Part shown: positions 61,401-64,000 of the stretch, one piece after another
Numbering within the stretch: the first letter of the stretch is position 1
How the letters are laid out: each line of letters opens with the position of its first letter
DNA from: Leucoraja ocellata
Lineage: Eukaryota
DNA: 64,000 nt
Assembly (NCBI GenBank): GCA_036785375.1
Contig: JAWMAR010000140.1
Coordinates: 2,232,001 to 2,296,000, forward strand
Reading direction: 5' to 3'
Position numbers and translations under genes: made by a program
Notes under the pieces: model-generated
What the model saw: the letters and a program-made list of their open reading frames with translations, nothing else
Database searches by the model: none
Told to the model about the DNA's origin: nothing

Positions 61401-64000
61401 GCGGTTCGAATACGAAAGTTTAATTCCATTGTAAGGCAAATAAAGGCTGGGGTTTAGTAACGTGACAATCGATGAACGAATAACTAATCGATAAGTCTTC
61501 GATACTTAGCTTCTGGAAACATATTATTTTGTTACGAAGGAGGACATTAAATGCATTGTTTTTAAAAAAAAATCTTGTATTGGGAAAGTGGACGGTTGTA
61601 GCATGCGACTCTATCTGGTTCCATTGCATTAAAGTGAATGCGTTATTTGATGTCTATCCTATCCGTTGACAAGACGGAACTAATAGCAGTAATGCAACAC
61701 TTTCCCCTTTTTCTCTCATTACCAGATACGATACGCTTTATTGAAAAGGTCCGTTGCTGTACCCATTGAAAATAAAGGCGAACTTGGCAGTGTTTTTGTA
61801 TTGTCTGCAATGTCTTGAAGACGTGCCAGTGCTTGCCAGTAAAAATGAGTGTCAATTACAAGCTTCCATATTCCATCCCACATATTAGGAGGTACTTGAG
61901 CAGAAAGCGTTCAGATGACGTTTGCACTATATTCAGAAGTGCAAATCGTGTAGGCTTTGTACCAAAACTAATCGCGAACAAAAGATGTGTGTCTCGGCAT
62001 ACAAAATTGAGTGAGAAAGTGTAACGTTTGAAATGCCCCCGCTGTACAATGCAAACGTAATTGGTGGCATGCATGCTGTGTGCTATGTTATACATATGGA
62101 TCTGGTGCTATAATATTCATTGCCTTTGTTCAAGATGAGACAGGCAACCGAGAGGTAGTAGTACAACAAAGATTGTTTTGTCTGTGGCTGAATCTGTGTC
62201 GTCGTCTCCCCCCCCCCCCCCCCCCCCCCCCTCCAGCGCCCCATCCAGGTGTGAGAAAAGGGAAACTCGTAAAACTGAAACAAGTACCTTTCATTGGGGG
62301 GTACAAAGTGCTTTCCTGAGAAAAACATAGGGGTGATCAACTGGAAAGTCGAGCTACCTTAAGAAATTGTAACATTGGTTAAGCCATGCTGACTTCCCCC
62401 GCTTACTTTATTTTAGTTTATACAACGTTCTATACCCAAATGATAACGTCTGTACAACGTTTGACAACTCCTAGCGGCAACATTTCTGCGAGATTGTATA
62501 TCTGGATATCCTCTTTCTACTGCTCATCAATTCGCTTTATCAACATTATCTTTACAGAATCCGGGTGCGTTTGCATGTTCTCGGATTTCTTTTACATTTT
62601 GTGCATAGAAATTTGCATCAGGAATCAATTATATATATTTTTCTCAAATTAAAGTTTTGTAACTATATTCCTTTTGGAAAATAAGTCAAACTAAACGACA
62701 ATCTTTTTAAACTATTCCATTTGGTGAAAAAAAATGGAAACTATATTTGGCTTCCTAAGTAAAAGTCTCTATTCATTTTATGTTTCTTTACGTGAATGCA
62801 TTTTGCAGGTGTTGAGCGAGCCTAAGATGTTATCTGGGTATCTGTTATACTGATTTCTTCATCTAATGAAACAATTTAACTATTTGCTTTTTATGTGCAG
62901 AATTCCCCATACATCAAAAGGGGCATCGTTTTGACATCATTTTGAGTTTCGTTTTATGGAACGGTCACTGCTTAGGTTATAAACTTGAACATTTAGTTAG
63001 TTAGTCCAGTTACAGGCCATTTTCACCTTTTGAGACCAGACATAAGCACACAAGGACCTATTGAGTCTGTCTGGACTCAAGTGCAGACAGATGGACGGCG
63101 CACAGAGCCAAGAGGTTACGTTTGCCAAGCCCCGCATCGACCCTTTCAGGGGACTTCACTCAGCTAGTCTGTTGTTAAAGCTGAATTATAGCCCTGCGCA
63201 GACACACAAAACCTTCTCAATAACACTATTGCACATTATTAACCGACTAGCGACTACTTTACATAGGTTCGCTTCGACGTGTGTTACTTTACATTGACAA
63301 AACATACTGCAACTAGTCGGAATGTTCAGCCAAAACATGCGTCAGAATTTCTAGACTTCGTCTTTTATTTAAGCAATATATAAACAGGAAAGGAAACTGC
63401 CCCTGCAATGCATACATGGGATTTTAATATGGTATTTCTATGAGCTGTTTTATATTGTTATATCATGTTCTAATTGGCGCTCCATAGAAGGAGTCATGGC
63501 CATGGATTCATTTACACGTAACATGGTGATCGGAATCTATATTGATTATATATCATCCACCAACTGCTACAAGATTCGGACATACTTTCAAATAGCCCAA
63601 ACACTAAACCATGTTCCAAACCCACCAGTATCCTACGGTAATATGCAATATACAACCCACTTATGGACTTATAATTCATATGTTTTTATAAAAATGCATA
63701 ATACACTGAACCACCGTTCAGTAGTTCATATACATATATATGTCTATGTTAGCGTTTACATCAGCAGAGTATAGGTGATGCCCATGTGAAAATGGAATGA
63801 TAAAACAATTGGATAAAATAGGTATTGTCTGAGTTATTTAACATGTAAGATGTCAAATGGTTTTTAAATAACGAATTAAGAGTTAGGTTAATATCTCATC
63901 TACTGTTGTTGAAAAGGCAATCATCAGCTTTAGCAGTTCAGTCATCAGAACAGGTTTAAATCTGCAGCTGACTATGAATATTAACGTGAAGATGTCTTTC

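Overview
Vertebrate genomic DNA. The repeat content (HE1-like V-SINEs, HER1/CR1 LINEs, Deu-domain SINE, Penelope-like elements, Rex1/Babar) suggests a cartilaginous fish, probably a skate or ray; this is inference. The window holds the 5' part of BCL11A on the minus strand: promoter and 5'UTR (~58.0-58.4 kb), coding exon 1 (57927-57981, MSRRKQGNPQHLSKREFS), intron 1, coding exon 2 (52995-53327, CCHC zinc finger) and about 53 kb of intron 2. No later exon was found. Positions 1-43 kb are dense in transposon relics; 43-64 kb is nearly free of them and rich in enhancer-like sequence. Main leads: (1) a family of short Penelope-derived elements with 10-18 bp target-site duplications carrying minimal hammerhead-ribozyme cores, several in the BCL11A pre-mRNA sense orientation; (2) a uORF-rich BCL11A leader with an in-frame ATG-TGA start-stop and a 54-codon overlapping uORF; (3) a ~142 bp local inverted duplication at a LINE/SINE junction; (4) Meis + Pbx-Hox and other candidate enhancer motif clusters. 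All comparisons with known genes and repeat families are from memory; no database was searched. Most short ORFs in the track are spurious.
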